Shown here piece by piece: positions 13,966 through 26,789 of a stretch of 54,588 nt of DNA. The notes beneath the pieces are model-generated. The model was not told the DNA's origin. It saw only the letters and a list, made by a program, of their open reading frames with translations, and searched no databases. Position 1 is the stretch's first letter. The number at the start of each line of letters is the position of its first letter. This stretch comes from Lama guanicoe (Eukaryota), in the NCBI GenBank assembly GCA_013239625.1, contig MU053691.1, forward strand, positions 8,588 through 63,175, given 5' to 3'. A program made the position numbers and the translations under genes.

Positions 13966-14000
13966 TATATGTATGTGTGTGTGTGTGTGTGTATATATAT
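13966..14000. repeat. (TG)n(TA)n microsatellite
   Basis: TATATGTATGTGTGTGTGTGTGTGTGTATATATAT. Confidence 0.85.
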
Positions 14001-14855
14001 TTACACTTTTTTATCCTGTATTTTCATGATGTTTAGATGGAAACGCCAATGTAGGATCACTGGGATCAATTTCAGTACTGTCATGAACATATATTCCACT
14101 TGCTCAATATCTCTCTGAAGAAAGATTTTTTCTTACAATAGAAGTTTTGTTTAGCCAGTCACCATTTCCTTATTTCTCTTGATGATTTCAGTGATATCAA
14201 AAAATGCTTTATTAAGAAGGACCAACTTTGTTCAATTATAAATTATGGCACAATATATAATTCTGTGTCCATCACAAGACATAATGATTCAGATTTAAGA
14301 TTATCTTACAATACTGAAATAATTGTATTATGTTAAGGAAACCTATTTGGCTGAATCAAAATTTATGTGACGTTAAGGACTGTAAAAAGCCAGCCAAGAA
14401 GTCTCAGTGGATTACTGAATTCATACATGGTGAGGAGGATAATACCGTATCTGTGAATTCTGGTCATTAAAAATGTGTTTGCCTAGTGCTTCCAGGGCCA
14501 CTGAAGGAGAAAAAACCCTGGAGGAACAATGAGTGGGTTTTTATTAGAAAAATGCCCCTTGGAATAATTGCCAAAGTGTTCACAGTAGCTGGGGAGAACA
14601 CTCTGCAGGCCACCAGATGGAGAATGCAGAGATGAAAGACACTTTGGATGCTGTCAGCCCTTCACACCCACTATTTATACTTTGCTTTCCCTTCCTGCAC
14701 TTCGCACAGCCACTCAGGGTGCTAGTGACAAGACTTATTTCAAGCATGGAATAACCAATTCAATAAGTCCTCACAATTTGACAAGCAACTCACATGCGGA
14801 CCACACCCTTCCCCTTCATTCTACCAGTACCAGGCAATTATTAACTCTCTATTTA

Positions 14856-15035
14856 CAATGGTTCCCAAATTTTGCATACATCAGTATCACCTAGGGGGCT
14901 TGTTAAAACACAGATTGTGGGACTGCACCTGAAGAGTTTCTGATTCTATAGGTGGGACTCAAGAATTTGCCTTTATAACAAGTTACTAGGTGCTGTATTG
15001 CTACTGGTATAGGGACCACACTTCGAGAACCAATG
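14856..15035 (-). mobile_element. MER5A (hAT-Charlie MITE)
   Basis: CAATGGTTCCCAAA...ATCACCTAGGGGGCTTGTTAAAACACAGATT...GGGACCACACTTCGAGAACCAATG. Confidence 0.85.
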
Positions 15036-15598
15036 TAATATTTCATTCCTTTGACATCATTCCAGTTCTCTTCTGGGAAGAGTATGTCAATCTTTCAAGA
15101 AGATTAGCAGTGAGGGAAAAGAAGCTGAGGAAATAATAGTCTGTTTTACATCCAGAAATGAAGTGGAATATAATTAAATAAATCTAGCAGGAAGTAGGCT
15201 CAAGAGAAGGGCTTGTTAGAATTGAGATGTTTGTAGGAATTGGAGATAGAAATTCTGAAGAGGCGGAAGAGAGAGGAAAGAGGAAGTTTATTCACATTTC
15301 CCTTCCTTGTGTGTAGCTGGCTCTGAGGGCCACGAGCAGAACTAGCTAGTGGGAACTGTGATGGAACATTTTCAGAGAAGTTCCCAGGGCTTCTACATAG
15401 GGAACTTGTCATCCTTGAACACCACGTGTAAGGAGCTGCACACAGAAATTCTCTGTCTACTTCAGCTTAAGATAAAAAGTAATAAATTTATTTTCTAGCT
15501 TGCCAGTCACTCTAGTGATAAACTAACAGGTAATTAATTTGTTAGCGAGTACTTCTTTCCATTATTTACTTCAACTTGAAAATGTTTTCTGTGAAACA

Positions 15599-15702
15599 NN
15601 NNNNNNNNNNNNNNNNNNNNNNNNNNNNNNNNNNNNNNNNNNNNNNNNNNNNNNNNNNNNNNNNNNNNNNNNNNNNNNNNNNNNNNNNNNNNNNNNNNNN
15701 NN
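15599..15702. other. Assembly gap (104 N)
   Basis: Run of N. Confidence 1.
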
Positions 15703-18700
15703 ACAGAGCAGCTGTTAGAAGACTCTGCAAACTGAGTAACAGCAGGACAACTGGAAAGAAGACCAGAATTTAAAGTACCACCAAATCTCTGGTAAAGTTA
15801 CCCTGTTTTTTATCCTGTGGTCCTGTCACCTCTTGGTCACAAAAGTAAGCAGCACAGAATAACTACGGCCCTGTTCTTCTGAATACAGAACCTGAAAGAA
15901 GTACTCCAGGGACATGAAGTGTACTGGGGAGGTTACGATGAGGGGAGACCTCATGAAAGAAATCTCAGTAAATTTTTAAATAATCTTAGAAAATTTAATC
16001 CCAAACTTTGTGTGCATGTCTGGACCTGATACTAATCAGTATAATAAAGACTTGTTAAACCTGATTATCAGAAAGACTTCTGGTCAGACCCAGCCGGCCG
16101 CTGGACGTGCACTTGTGGGACAGATCTGAATAGCTCTGCAAAAGCGTTGAAATTGAATTGACATTCAACCCAGAGCCAAAGAAGACGGGCTGAAACCTGT
16201 GGCCTGAATTTAACCACATAAATTTCTTGCCAAAACAAACATACCAACTTTATTCAAAGGATTAAAAAAAAAACCTCCGTGTATGAAAGCATGATATAGC
16301 AGTCCAAAATTCCTCAGCATATGAAGAAACAGGAGACTCTCAATTCTTACGGGAAAAGACGATCAACAAACATCAACATTGACATGACAAAGTTATTAGA
16401 ATTACCTGGCAAAGATTTTAAAATAGTAAGTTATTTAAAATATTCTAACGAGAAATTGCAAGCACTCCTAAAATTAATAGGTTGGAGGACTCAGAAATGA
16501 GGTATAAAGAAGGATCAGAAGGGGGTCCGCCGCATCTCCGCCAGCGGTCGGCCCTGAACCGCGCGCCGCCGGGAGCTCTCGGACTCGAGCCGGCGCCGAG
16601 GAGCCCGGGGCCGCTGCCCGCAGCGGCCGAGCGCAGGGCCGGCTGAGCGGGACGCCGCCGCCTCCTCCTCCTCCTCCTCAGCAGGCGGCGGCCCGGGCCG
16701 GCAGCCACGCCTAAGACCCCTGGGACGTGCGCCTGCGGCGAACAGGAGGGGAAGGAGGGGCAGGAGGTCGCGCGGCCTCAGCCCGTCCTGCCGGCCCCGC
16801 GGCGCTGAGGTGGCTCGCGCGTCCCCGCCGGGCGCCGCGGATCCGCTGAAGAAGATCAAAAGGCGGCTGTCAGTGACACTCCGAGGGGGCCGAGGTGTAG
16901 ACAAGACCAGTGGTGCCCCTGAACAGACAGGCCTGGGTGAGAGCGGCGGCGGCGGTGACCGGGGAGAGGCCCCCACACGTGCTGCCCCTGGGGAGCCCCG
17001 CTCTGGACGCGGCCCGCCCAGCTCCGCACCAGAGGCTGTACACGGGGACTGGAAGGTGGGGTCGCCGGGGAGAGGGGGCAGGCTTCCGCCGCGCCCTCGC
17101 GTGAGGGGCAGGCACCAGGGAGGGTGCGCATGTGCAACCCCCCACCCCTCACCCCCTTCACCTCCTCACACCCGCACCCCCGTGCAAGATCTCCACGGAG
17201 GACGTCAACAAGCGCCCATCACTAGCAGCCCCCATCCGGCTGCCCGCTGGCTCCCTTGAGAAGTTGACCCCAATATCCCCGTCTTTGACAAGCCCCTCGG
17301 CTGCCACCTCCGCCGTGTCAGCCTGCCTGAGATCGACTTTGGGAAACTGGAGACCTACATCAAGTTGGACAAGCTGGGAGAGGGTACATATGCCACCGTC
17401 TGCAAAGGCAAAAGCAAGCTCACAGACAACCTTGTGGCGCCCAGGGAGATCAGACTGAACACGAAGAGGGGGCGCCCTGCACCGCCATCTGGGAAGCGTC
17501 CCTGCTCAAGGACCTCAAACATGCCAGCATCATCCCACCACACGACATTATCCTCAGAGAGGTCGCTCACACTTGTCTTTTGACTACCTGGACAAGGACC
17601 TGACGCAGTACCTGGATGGCTGTGGGAACGTCATCAACATGCACAATGCAAAACTCTTCCTGTTCCAGCTGATCCGTGGCCTGGGCTGCTGCCACCGGCA
17701 GAAGGTGCTACACCGAGACTTCAAGCCCCAGAACCTGCTCATCAACGAGAGAGGAGAGCTCAAGCTGGCCGACTTCGGCCTGGCCCGGTCCGAGTCAGTT
17801 CCAATGAGGACCTACTCCAATTAGGTTGTAATGCTGTGTACCGGCCCCCAACATCCTGCTCGGGTCCACGGACTACTCCTCTCAGATTGGCATGTCGGGT
17901 GTGGGCTGCATCTTCTATGAGATGGCCACGGGCCAGCCCCTCTTCCTGGGCTCCACGGTGGAGGAACAGCTGCACCTCATCTTCCGCGTCTTGGGAGCCC
18001 CAACTGAGGAGACGTGGCCAGGCATCCTGTCCAGTGAAGAGTTCAAGACATACTGCTATCCCCAGTCCCCTTGTCCTTGCTGTAGACTTGACAGTGGCGG
18101 GGCTGACCTCCTCACCAAGCTGCTGCAGCTTGAAGTTCGCAATTGGATCTCCGCAGAGGATGCCATGAAACTTCTTTTCTTGCTCAGTCTGTGGAAGCGG
18201 ATCCACAAACTTCCTGACACTACTTCCATATTTGCACTAAAGGAGGTCCAGCTACAAAAGGAGGCCAGGCTTCAGTCTTCATCAATGCCTGCCTAAGGCA
18301 GGCCAGCTTTCTGGGTGATGGGCACCGAGTTCTAAGCCACAGACTGAGGCCCCAGCAGGCAGCAGCTGGAGGGATGCCACACCCCTCACAGGGCAGCCCC
18401 CAGCTGCATCCTTCCTGCTTGCTGCCTGCCTACCTGCCTGACGCATGCTCACCTTCCCATGTGTCCCCTGCTGCCTGTGCATACACCTGACCATTGGCCT
18501 GTCAGCCCACCCATTGGCCAGTCTGCTGAGTGCTAACAAAGCTCTCATCACTCCTTAAATTAAAAAGAAAATCAAAAGGAAATATTTGAACTGAAAAATT
18601 TAATAACTGAAGTATAAAACTCACTAAATGAGTTCAAAAGCATAAAGTGCATAACAGATGAAATTGTCAGTGAAACTGAAAATAGATCAATAGAAATTAT

Positions 18701-21415
18701 TTAACCTGGAAAAAGATATTTAAGACAAATTAACACAGCCAGAGGAACCTGTGAGAAAATAACAAAAGGCATAACATCCCTGCCATCAGAGTCCCAGAAG
18801 GACAGCAGAAGTTCAGTACTGAAAAAATATAATTCAAGATATAACATAAAAAACTGAAATCAATCAGAAAAAATGGCATATTACCTGTAAGAGAAGAACA
18901 ATTTGAATGACTAACCAGAAACTACAGAAGGAAGAGGCATGATATTTTTCAGTTGCTGAAAGAACAGAACTGTCAGCTTGAAAATCTATATTTAGTAAAA
19001 AAGACCCTAGGCATGAAGGCGAAATGAAAGTGTTCTCAGATGAAGGAAAACTAAGAGAATTTGTTGCCAGCAGATTTGCTGTAAAGGAATTGCTAAAGGA
19101 AGTTCAGATTGAAGGGAAATGATACCAGAAAATAATAGTATCTTAGGGATAGTAAGCAAGAGAAATGGTAATTGTCATGGTATATATAATAGGCTATTCT
19201 CTTAAGTTCTTAAAAATGCAGTTGATGGTTGAAAACAGAAAAAATAATAACACTATCTGCAGGTTTTTTAATGTGTACAGATGTAATATATAATACAACT
19301 ACAACCTAAAGGGGTTAAAGAGATTCACATGGTTTTAAGACAAAATTCCACTTAAGGATGAAAGTATTCATTTCAATGTGACTGTGAAAAGTTAAATATG
19401 TAAACTGTAATTTTCAAAGAAACCATCAAAAACTATTTATACAAGACATACTAAAAAAACACAGTCAATAAAGTTAAATGATAAAAGTATTCAAATAACT
19501 CAAAATGAAGGCAGGATTTGGGGAAACAAAGGAAAAACAGAGGAAAAACACATAAATCACTTAATAAAATGGTAGATCTAAATCCAAACATATCAATAAT
19601 TACATTAATTTTAAATGACCTAAACTCATCATTTAAAAGACAGACTCTCACAATAAATATGGTAAGATTCTACTTATAAGAGTTATCTAGAACAGCCAAA
19701 CTCTTAGAAAAAGAAAGTAGAATGGTGGTTGTCAGGAGAGGAAAGTTAGCTTCCTAAGGAATATAGAATTTGAGTTTTGTAGGATGAAAAAATTCTAGAG
19801 ATGTGTTACATAACAATATGCATTTGGTTAACACTTTTACACTGTACACTTAAAATGGTTAAGAGGATAAACTTTATGTATCTATAACACAATAAAACAT
19901 ACTGAAGTTGTCAAAATAAAAGAAACATCCAAACAAATAAATAAAGCATAGTCAAACTATATGTGGTTTTTGAGAAACCAATGTCAAATATAATATCAGT
20001 GGTTATAAATGAAAGAATGATAAATGATATAGCATACAAACACTAATCAAAGTAATACTCAAGTGAATATATTAATACAAAGAAGTATACTTCAAAGAAT
20101 GAAAATTACCAAGAATAAGAACATTGCATAATAAACTTATCAGTTTACCAAGAAGATGTAGATTCCTAAATGTACATATACCTAAAAAAAGAGTTTTAAA
20201 ATGCACAGAATAAAGAGCGTGAAGTTAAGGAGAAATAAAGAAACCTACAAATATAATTAGAGACTTCAACCCTCCTCTATTAGTACTGGATTCAACTAGG
20301 AAAAAGAAAGCCAGCAGGGATGTGGAAGAACTGAGCATCACCATTAACTAAAAAGGTAAAATTTACAATTACAGAATGCTTTACTGAACAGTAGCAGAAT
20401 ATACATTATATATATTGTATTCAAAATATACAAAAAAATTCAACAATAAGAACACAATCTGATTTAAAATGAACAAGAGATCTGAACAGACAACTACTGA
20501 AGATTTTCAGACAGTAAATCAACATGTAAAAAATTGTTCAACACCATTTGTTGAATGAAAATTGAATGAAAATTAACAAAGCGATGGGTTATCTCTACAC
20601 AGCTTTCAAAGAGACTAAACTAAAACCTGACAGTACCAGTTGCTGGTGAGGATGCAGAGTAACAGGAACTCTCATGCAAGGCTGCTGGGAATGGAAAATG
20701 GTAGAGCCACTTTGGAAGACAATTTAGCTGTGTTTTACAAAGTTCATAGTATTACCATAAAATCCAGCAACTGCACTCCTAGGTATTTAAATATTTCAAA
20801 GCTATATACATATAAAATTCAACACATAAATGTTTACAACTGCTTTACTCAATACTACCAAAAACTAAAAGCAACCAGGATGTCCTTGAGTACATGAATG
20901 GGTAAGCAAACAGTGGTACATCCGTACAATGGAATATTACTGAATAAGAGAATGAGCCATCAAGACACAAAAATACACAAATGTATCTTGAATGAATATC
21001 ACTAAGTTAAAGAAACCCATCAGAAAAGGCTACATATTGTACAATTCTAGTTATATAGCATTCTGAATAAAGCAAAATGATATATATTATAAACAGATCA
21101 GTGGTTGCCAGGAGTTCAGGGAACAAGAGGAAGGGATCAGTTTCCTAGGTGAAGCTTTGAGGATTTTTTAGCTTGGTGAAACCATCTGCATAATTTAAAA
21201 ACAGGTACATGTTATATGTGTGTCAAAACCCACAGAACTTTACAGCACAAAAACCAAATATTGATGTATACAAGTTAAAAATAGCTAGGAGATCAGTGTA
21301 TCCCAGAATAGAATGTAGAATGTGACTAAAGAATCTAACTATATACAAAGGTATGTAAAACCTGGCTGAAGGCAAAAAGACCTAAGAAATTTTGATATGA
21401 GTGGAATCTGTGAGA
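15703..21415 (+). mobile_element. Old L1M-type LINE-1 relic(s): 5'/ORF1 region, ORF2 start, 3' end; host of the CDK16 retrocopy; includes a nested L1M 3' end at ~19650-19900
   Basis: A-rich decayed L1 motifs, for example GAACTGAAAAATTTAATAACTGAAG, CATCAGAGTCCCAGAAGGA, TTCTCAGATGAAGGAAAACTAAGAGAATTTGTTGCCAGCAGA, GGATGCAGAGTAACAGGAACTCTCA. Subfamily not determined. Confidence 0.8.
16523..18563 (+). pseudogene. CDK16: Processed pseudogene of CDK16 (PCTAIRE-1 kinase) with 5'UTR, whole CDS and short 3'UTR
   Basis: Intronless colinear match to CDK16: [110 protein letters not shown]. Ends ...GTEF-TAA at 18333-18335. The initiator position is GCG (16837-16839). Multiple frameshifts and stops. Flanked by diverged TSDs AAAGAAGGATCAGAAGG (16506-16522) and AAAGAAAATCAAAAGG (18564-18579). 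Confidence 0.96.
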
Positions 21416-24400
21416 TTAACCCAACACAATTAACAAAATGGTAATAAGAATATACATACTGATAATTACATTAAATATAATGGGATTAACTGCTCTGACC
21501 AAAAAATGTACAGTGACGGACTGGATACAAAAAGAAGACGGATGTATATGCTGTCTACAAGAGACCCACTTCAGACCTAGAGACACATGCAAGCTGAAAG
21601 TGAGGGGATGGAAAAACAAAAATTCCATACAAACAGAAACCAAAAGAAAGCTGGAGTAGCAATACATATATCTAACAATATTGATCTTAAAATAAAGACT
21701 GTTATGAGAGTCACAAAAGGATTCTACATAATACTCAAGGTACCGGTCCAAGAAGGTATAACAACTGTAAATATATACACACGCAACAAAGGAACACCTC
21801 AATATATAAGGCAATTTTTAACAAACATAAAAGGAGAAATCAACAATAACACAATAATTATGAGTAACCTTAACACCTACTTATATAAATGGACATCCAG
21901 ACAGAAACCAATAAGGAAATACAGACCCTAAATGACACATTAGACCAGATGGACTTAATTAATATCTAAGAGCATTCTAATTGAAAGCAACGTAACACAC
22001 CTTCTTCTCAAATGCACATGGAATAAACTCCAGAATCTATCACATATTGGATCACAAAGCAAGCCTCAGTAATTTAAGAAAATTGAAATCATACCAAGAA
22101 CCTTTTCTGATCACAAGGCTATAAGGTCAAAAATCAACTACAAGAAAAAAAAATGCAAAAACTGCAAATACGTGGAGGCTAAACAATATGCCACTACACA
22201 ATCAATGAATCACTGTAGAAATCAAAGAGAAAATTGGAAAATACTTTGAGATCAATGAAAATGAAAACACAACAATACACAAGTTTTGAGATGCAGCAAA
22301 AACAGTTCTAAGAGGCAAGATTATAGCAATACAAGTCTACCTCAGGAAACAAGAAAAATCTCAAATAAACAACCTAAACTTAAATGTAAAGCAGCTAGAG
22401 AAAGAGGAGCAAAGAAAACCCAAAGCTAGTAGAAGAAAAGAAATCATAAATTTCATAGCAGAAATGAATGAAATTAAGACAAAAAAATCAATGAAACTAA
22501 AAGTGGGTTCTTTGAAAAGATGAATAAAATTGATAAACCTTTAGTTAGACTCATCAAGAAAAAAGGGAGAGGGCCCAAATTAATAAAATAAAAAAGGAGA
22601 AGTCATAATCAATATCACAGAAATACAAGGGATCATAAGAGGCTACTATGAGCAACTATATGCCAACAAAAAGGACAACCTAGGAGAAATGGACAATTTC
22701 TTACAAAGGTGCAATTTGCCAAGGCTGAATCAGAAAGAAATAGAAAATATGAGTAGACCAATTACCAGTACTGAATTAAGTCAGTAATTTTAAAATATCC
22801 ACAAGCAAAGGTCCAGGACTAGTTGGCTTCACGGGTGAATTCTAACATAAATTTACAGAAGAGTTAACATCTAACCTTCTGAAACTATTCCAAAAAATTA
22901 AAGTGGAAGGAAAAATTTCAAATTCATCCTATGAGGCCACACTCACCCTGATACCAAAACAAGACAGATATCAAAAAACAAGAAAATCACAGGGCAATAT
23001 AACTTATGAGTATAGATGCAAAAATCCTCAATAAAAACTAGCAAATGGACTCCAACAATGCACTAAGAGGATCATATGCCATGATCAAATGAGATTTATC
23101 CCTGGGATACAAAGATTTTTCAATATCCACAAATCAATCAATGTGATGCATCACATTAACAAACTGAAGAATAACAACTGTGTGATCATCTCAATAGGTG
23201 CAAAAAAGCTTTTGATTAAAGTCAATATCCATTTATGATGAAAACTGTCCAGAAATGGGGTGCAGATGAAACATACCTCAACATAATCAAGGCCATATAT
23301 GACAAACACACAGCTAATATCACACTTCATGATGAAAAGGTCAAAGCATTTCCTGTAACATCAGAAACAGGACAATGATGCCCACTCTCACCACTTATAT
23401 TCAACGTAGTTTTGGAAGCCTGAGCCATAGCAATCAGAGAAGAAAAAGAAATAAAGGGAATCCAAATCGGTAAAGAAGAAGTAAAACTGTCATTGTTTGT
23501 GGATGACATGGTACTATACATGGACAACCCTAAAGAAGCAACCAGAAAACTACTAGAGCTCATCAATGAATCTGGTAATGTTGCAGGATACAAAATTAAT
23601 ATACAGAAATCAGTGGCATTTCTATCCACTAATAACCAAATAGCAGAAAAAGAAATTATTTAAGAGAACTCTGGAACAACATGAAGCTTACTAATATTCT
23701 CATTATAGAGGTACCAGAAAGAGAAGAGAGAGAGAAAGAACCTAAGATATTTTTTAAAGAGATACTAAACCCAAAGAGGAATACACCAAGGCACATAGTC
23801 ATTAAACTGAGAAAAATTAAGGAGAAGGAGAAAATATTAAAATTAGCAAGAGAAAAGCAACAAATAACATACAAGGGAACTCCCATAAGGTTATAAGCTG
23901 ATTTTTCAGCAGAAAATCTACAGGCCAGGAGAGAGTGGCAAGATATATGCAAAGTGGTGAAAGGGAGAAACCTACAACCAAGAATACTCTGCCCAGGGAG
24001 GCTCTTATTCAGATCTGATGGCAAATTCAAAAGCTTCACAGATAAGCAAAAGCTAAAAGAATTCAGCACCACCAAACCAGCTTTACAACAAATGTTAAAG
24101 AAACTTCTCTAGTCATCAAACTATAAGAAAAGGACAAAAAGAAGAAAGGGGGAAAAAAAGATCTTCAAAAGATTACTTTGTCAGTTTAGAGTCTTTTATG
24201 GTTTCATATACATTTTGGAATTGTTGCTTTAGTTCTGTGAAAAATATTGTGAGCACTTTGACAGGGGTTGCGTTGAATCTGTAGATTGTTTGGGGTAGTA
24301 CAGCCATCTTGATAATGTTGATTCTTCCAATCCAGGAGTATAAGATATCTTTCCATTTCTTTGTATCATCTTCAATTCCCTTCATCAATGTTTTATAGTT

Positions 24401-26785
24401 TTCAAAGTATAGGCAACCTCCTTGGTTAAGTTTATTTCTAGGTACTTTTGATGCAATGGAAATGTTTATGCCAGTTATAAAATTCTGGTTTTTGAAGTGG
24501 AAAAAAAGTGAATGAAGGGCTGCAAATGGCAAAATATCTTTCATTCTTATGGGTGAGTTGTATTCCATTACATATACATGCTGCATCTTCTTTTCCTTTC
24601 ATCTATTGATGTGCATTTATAATGCTTTCATACCTTGGTAGTTATAATTGGCAATTATAAAAATAATGTTGCTGTCAATAGCAGGTGTATTTATTTTTTT
24701 CAATTAATTTTTATTTTGTGGATGGCTTTATTCCTTTGATAACAATGTAAGTTTAAATAGCTAAAGCTCTAAACCTTCTTAGAAACAATGAAAAAAATAT
24801 ATATGCAAATTTAAAAACAATATGCAGTATTTTGGGTATATATATTTACATGCAATACATTGTACATGTGCAGTCAAATTGTAACAATTCTACCTAATAA
24901 TACTGAAAAATGGGAAAAAAGGAATTAAGGAAATAATACCATTTACCATTGTACTAAAACATATAAAATACTTAGGACTAAACCTAACCAACTAGACAAA
25001 GGACCTGTATTCTGAAAACTGTAAGACACTGAGGAAAGAAATTGAATTCACTTAAGTGATGGAAAGATATAGCATGTTCTTGGATTGGAAAAATCAATAT
25101 TGTTGAAATGGCCATAATTCCCAAGGCAATATACAGATTCAGTGCAATCCCTATCAAATTACGAATGACATTTTTCACAGAGTTGGAGCAAAAAAAAATG
25201 TTAAAAATTATATGGAAACAAAAAAATGCCAAATAGCAAAAACAATCTTAAAAGAGGAGAATGGAGCTGGGAGAATCACCCTCCCTGGCTTCAGGCTATA
25301 ATACAAAGCTACAGAAATCAAAACAGTATGGTACTGGCACAAAAACAGACACCTAGATTAATGGAATAGAATACAAAGTCCAGAAATAAACCCTTGCACC
25401 TACAGTCAATCAATCTATGACAAAGGAAGCAACAACACACAATGGAGAAAAGACAGTCTTCAACAAATGGTGCTGGGAAAACTGGGCAGCTACCTATAAA
25501 AGACTGAAATTAGAACATTCTCTTCACCATGTACAAATGTAAACTGAAAATGGATTACAGACCTGAATGTAACACCATATACTATGACATTTCTAGAGGA
25601 AAACATAGGCAGAACACTCTTTGACATAAATAACAGCAATATTTTTTATGACCAGCTCCTAGAGTAATGGAAATAAAAGCGAAAAATAAATAAATGGGAT
25701 CTAATTAGACTTAAAATGTTTTGTACAGTTAAGGATATCATAAATAACATGAAAAGACAACCTACAGAATGGAAGAAAATATTTGCAAACGATGCGACTG
25801 ACAAGGGACTAATTTCCAAAACATACAACCAACACATACAGCTTAATATAAAAAAATAAGCAACCCCATCAAAAAATGGACAGAGGACCTAAGTAATCAT
25901 TTCTCCAAAGAAGACATCCAGATGGCCAACAATCCCATGAAAAAATGTTCAATATCACTAATTGTAAGAGAAATGCAAATCAAAACTACGATGAGGTATC
26001 ACCTCACGTCAGTCAGAATGAGCACCTTTAAAAATTCCACCGATGATAAATGCTGGAGAGGAAGTGGAGAAAAAGGAACCATCATACTGTCGGTGGGAAT
26101 GTAAACTGGTGCAGCCATTATGGAGGACAGTATTGGGAGTAGTCAAAAAAATTAAAAAAGACTTGCCATATGATCAAGCAATCCCACTCACGGGTGTATA
26201 TCTGGAGAAAAGTATATGTTGAAAAGATGCATGCACCCCCAATGTTCACAGCAGCACTATTTACAGTAGCCAAGACATGAAAACAACCCAAATACCCATT
26301 GACAGATGACTGGATAAAGAAGATATGGTATGCATTTATATACATATACATACATACATACATACACACAATGGAATACTACTAAGCCATAATAATGAAT
26401 AAAATAATGCCATGTGTAGCAGCATGGCTGGACCTGGAGAACACAACTCTAAGTGAAGTATGCCAGAAACAGAAAGAAAAATGCCATATGATAGCACTTA
26501 TATGTGGAATATTAAAGGACCCAAATGAACTCATCTACAAAACAGAAACAGACTCACAGACATAGAGAACAAATTTATGGTTATCAGAGGATAAAGCTTT
26601 TGGGAAGGGACATATTGGGAATTCAAAATTTGCCCCTCTTGGGGAGTGATGGACATATTAGCTATCTTAATTGTGGTAGTGGTTTCATTGGTGTATACCT
26701 CTATCAAAATTCATCAAATTGTACATCTGAAATATGTGTAGTTTCCTGTACAGGAATCATGCCACAATAAAGGTGTTAAAATAAC
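21416..26785 (+). mobile_element. LINE-1, 5'-truncated, decayed near-complete ORF2 plus 3'UTR (interrupted by the 23659-24915 element)
   Basis: Endonuclease start MVIRIYILIITLNIMGL...ICCLQETH (21438). RT motif region TTGTTTGTGGATGACATG (~23494-23511). C-terminal [12 protein letters not shown]. 3'UTR with AATAAA near 26766. Confidence 0.93.
23659..24915 (+). mobile_element. Composite ORF1-only (HAL1-like) L1 derivative, copy 1, inserted in L1 ORF2 with TSD
   Basis: L1 ORF1 3' part (…NPKRNTPRHIVIKLRKIKEKEKILKLAREKQQITYKGTPIRL…, stop TAG 24110-24112), A-rich spacer, antisense ORF2 fragment (~24168-24455), linker, antisense ORF2-end fragment (~24519-24690), private tail. TSD AAAAAGAAATTA (23647-23658) / AAAAAGGAATTA (24916-24927). 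The host ORF2 resumes exactly after the second TSD. Confidence 0.85.
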
Positions 26786-26789
26786 TACA

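Noticed and set aside
16810..18296. CDK16 ORF pieces as a functional retrogene
   Set aside because: Start codon lost, several frameshifts and stops, and the PCTAIRE-helix region is out of frame.
24168..24690. Ordinary twin-priming 5' inversion of the host L1 as the explanation for the antisense ORF2 pieces
   Set aside because: The host ORF2 is complete on both sides of a TSD, the insert also carries sense ORF1, and the same mosaic recurs at 39548-40350 in a different context.
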